A DNA stretch of 64,000 nt from assembly GCA_963711835.1 (NCBI GenBank), contig CAVQFQ010000004.1, positions 431,607 through 495,606 of the forward strand. Reading direction: 5' to 3'. Numbering within the stretch: position 1 is the first letter of the stretch; each line of letters begins with the position of its first letter. Origin of the DNA: an uncultured delta proteobacterium. GTDB lineage: Bacteria; Desulfobacterota; RBG-13-43-22. Positions 62,224 to 64,000 of this stretch are shown piece after piece. The position numbers were made by a program, and so were the translations under genes. Below the pieces are notes generated by a model. That model was not told the origin of the DNA and searched no databases. It saw only the letters and a list, made by a program, of their open reading frames with translations.

Positions 62224-62800
62224 GGTTCTTTCCATGGCCCCCGCACCTGTGACCGGGTCCGGTAAAGCCTTTCGGTAAAACCGCCCTCCTTCAAGAAAGC
62301 TCTTTTCCAAGGCCCGCAGTTGCTGGTCCAGCAGGTAGTTGGTCTGGTGGATCAGGCAGATCAGGGTGTTGGCGGCCACCTCCGGGAACCTTGCCTCAAT
62401 ATAGGTCTTATAAGTCAAATAGGACCTATCCTTACGGTAGCAGAGGCCCCGAACTTCCTTGGCCTTGGGGTGGTCCTTGCCCCAGAGGGGCAGGCCTTTC
62501 TGGCGCAGGAAATCCTTGAAATCCACCAACAGCTCTTCCAGGCTGGCCCGGGCCACGCCCACCAGCTTGAGTTCGGTTTTCTTGGAGGTGCCGGAGGCCA
62601 TGCTGCCCTCGGCGATATTCTGCTTGCCGCTCCGCGCCGCCTGGACCATCTGGTCGTGGGTGCGGGAGCGGCGGATTGATAAACCGGTCGCAGAAAACCA
62701 CCGTGCCGTCATAGACGATCTCGGCCATTTGTAAGGACTGGAGGTCCTGGTAGCCGCCGTGAGGAGGGATGAGAGTAGGCTTTTCAGATTGGTTGCTCAT
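62220..62800 (-). CDS. Four-helix-bundle protein with suffix domain (TIGR02436/TIGR04258-like, Avd-related), frameshifted
   Basis: [10 protein letters not shown], then [62 protein letters not shown] and GFTERLYR; stop overlaps the cas4 ATG. Confidence 0.85.
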
Positions 62801-62850
62801 TATCAGCCCCTTTTTCAGTCCGAACGATTTTTTTACTCCCGCTCTTTCAA

Positions 62851-62996
62851 CTTAGGAGAAGGGATGGATGTCACTGGATTCCATATTCAGTTGTCGATAA
62901 ATTGTCGACAACTCAACAACAGCTTCAACCTGTCACATAATGTCACAACTTCACTTCCTTAATCGAAAACCACAACATATTCTTCGAATCGTCTGC
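62851..62996 (-). pseudogene. Mosaic of short Bro-N motif fragments
   Basis: Successive pieces encode IRRI, WFSI, GSEVVTLCDRLKL, ELSTIYRQLNMESSD and SIPSPK in Bro-N order, in different frames. Confidence 0.55.
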
Positions 62997-63298
62997 CAGC
63001 GCTTAAACGGCTCCGCCTTTGGGGAAGGGCTGGACTGGATAATACGGAAGATGCCTTCCGTATTGGCATAATTCATTCTTTGAGGTCCACCATCTGTCAG
63101 AACTGAAAGGGGGGTGGCAATTTGCCCCCACCCTTTGGAAAGCTCATCATCCCGGCGCCTCATATCTTTTATATATCCGTTTGGATCAACAGAATCGGTG
63201 AGTGCGGCCACTATATCCAAAATAATAAACTACCATTCATTCTTAATAAGCGTCTTCCTGATTTCCTTGCCTTTGAAAATCGCTATGTTTGTCTCCAT
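62951..63298 (-). pseudogene. Truncated Bro-N domain protein with an internal stop
   Basis: GGAGG SD; METNIAIFKGKEIRKTLIKNEW*FIILDIVAALTDS...ELSKGWGQIATPL...ANTEGIFRIIQSSPSPKAEPFKRW, after which similarity ends. Confidence 0.8.
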
Positions 63299-63462
63299 TG
63301 TTCCTCCGTACTATCAACCTGATAATGCTGGAAGCCATGTTTCCCTCCATCACGACGAAGGCGTGATTCTGCTTTCCTCTCCGCGGCGACTGAACCTGAG
63401 ACCAGCCGCGGGGAGGGATATGGGGAAAGGGTGTTCAATATTTGTAAGATTTACCACCATCC

Positions 63463-64000
63463 TCAAATTTTTTCCTCAACTGCAACCCCTTGGGGGGCTT
63501 TATCTTCTTCCACCTGAACATTATAATCAGAAAAAGCCCTTGCCGGGGTTAAAACATCCGTCATTCGATTGACCTTTACCAGGTCAAAAAGTCTATGAGC
63601 CGGGGCATTTCCCAAGGCAGAGTCATGTTTAAAAATAATCAGTTTCCGAGCATTCATTTTACCCCTGGCTGCGGAATGGTCATGATCGAACATATTTATC
63701 AAGGCCTCCCATAACAATGAAAGGTCATCCTCAGAAAAACCGGTCTGCTGTGCGAGATGGGCGGAAATATATCCTTCGCCGCGATAGAGGGCATAAGGGA
63801 CGATGTGTTTGCGGCCCATGGTTCGGTTGTCGCCGCTCTGTTGTTCAGCTTCTTTTTCCGTGGCAACCGCCATTCGAGTTATGCTTATCTCCATTGGGAC
63901 AATGGACTCTAAACTTCGTGCAAAATTCAACTGGACTGGACCACGGACCTGCCCACAGTTTACTCCTGTTGACATAACGGCTCCAAAAGTCCTTACATCA
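63463..64000 (-). CDS. cas7: Type I-C Cas7/Csd2 (3' part; the 5' end lies outside the window)
   Basis: [53 protein letters not shown] and [11 protein letters not shown]. Confidence 0.95.
   Translation of the reverse strand, partial: DVRTFGAVMSTGVNCGQVRGPVQLNFARSLESIVPMEISITRMAVATEKEAEQQSGDNRTMGRKHIVPYALYRGEGYISAHLAQQTGFSEDDLSLLWEALINMFDHDHSAARGKMNARKLIIFKHDSALGNAPAHRLFDLVKVNRMTDVLTPARAFSDYNVQVEEDKAPQGVAVEEKI

Noticed and set aside
61852-62712. Apparent four-helix-bundle/Cas4 fusion in the ORF track
   Set aside because: It arises from a frameshift near 62285; restoring [10 protein letters not shown] gives a stop overlapping the cas4 ATG, i.e. two genes.

Overview
GC-rich (estimated mid-50s %) bacterial chromosomal window whose gene content points to an anaerobic Desulfobacterota-type organism (inference). 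It holds: (i) a TetR-headed acyl-CoA degradation cluster (three acyl-CoA dehydrogenases, a three-part MCC/AtuCF-like biotin carboxylase, enoyl-CoA hydratase, MaoC, SCP2, FadN, thiolase, FadD; 1.5-17.5 kb); (ii) a molybdopterin oxidoreductase plus FmdE and two GGDEF+HD-GYP proteins; (iii) housekeeping genes (yfcE-like, HIT, lapA-like, mutS, amidase, class A PBP, tRNA-Lys, tRNA-Glu); (iv) a Liv-type ABC transporter with FadD, moaA, two moeA and two GT4 glycosyltransferases; (v) the distal half of a type I-C CRISPR-Cas locus (cas7, Bro-N relics, four-helix-bundle gene, cas4, cas1, cas2, leader, 20 repeats/19 spacers). Many genes carry single-base frameshifts, most likely long-read errors. The most unusual signals are mostly non-coding or relic: CRISPR spacers related to each other with a period of three between invariant repeats; a 53-nt mini-element inserted into two unrelated MITE families; two MITE families sharing one core but with different termini; stacked alternative Bro-N variable segments inside the cas operon; 7-9-mer tandem-repeat hairpins at gene junctions; and a duplicated sigma54 promoter module in front of an unannotated 43-aa ORF. 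All alignments were done by eye and no database searches were run.
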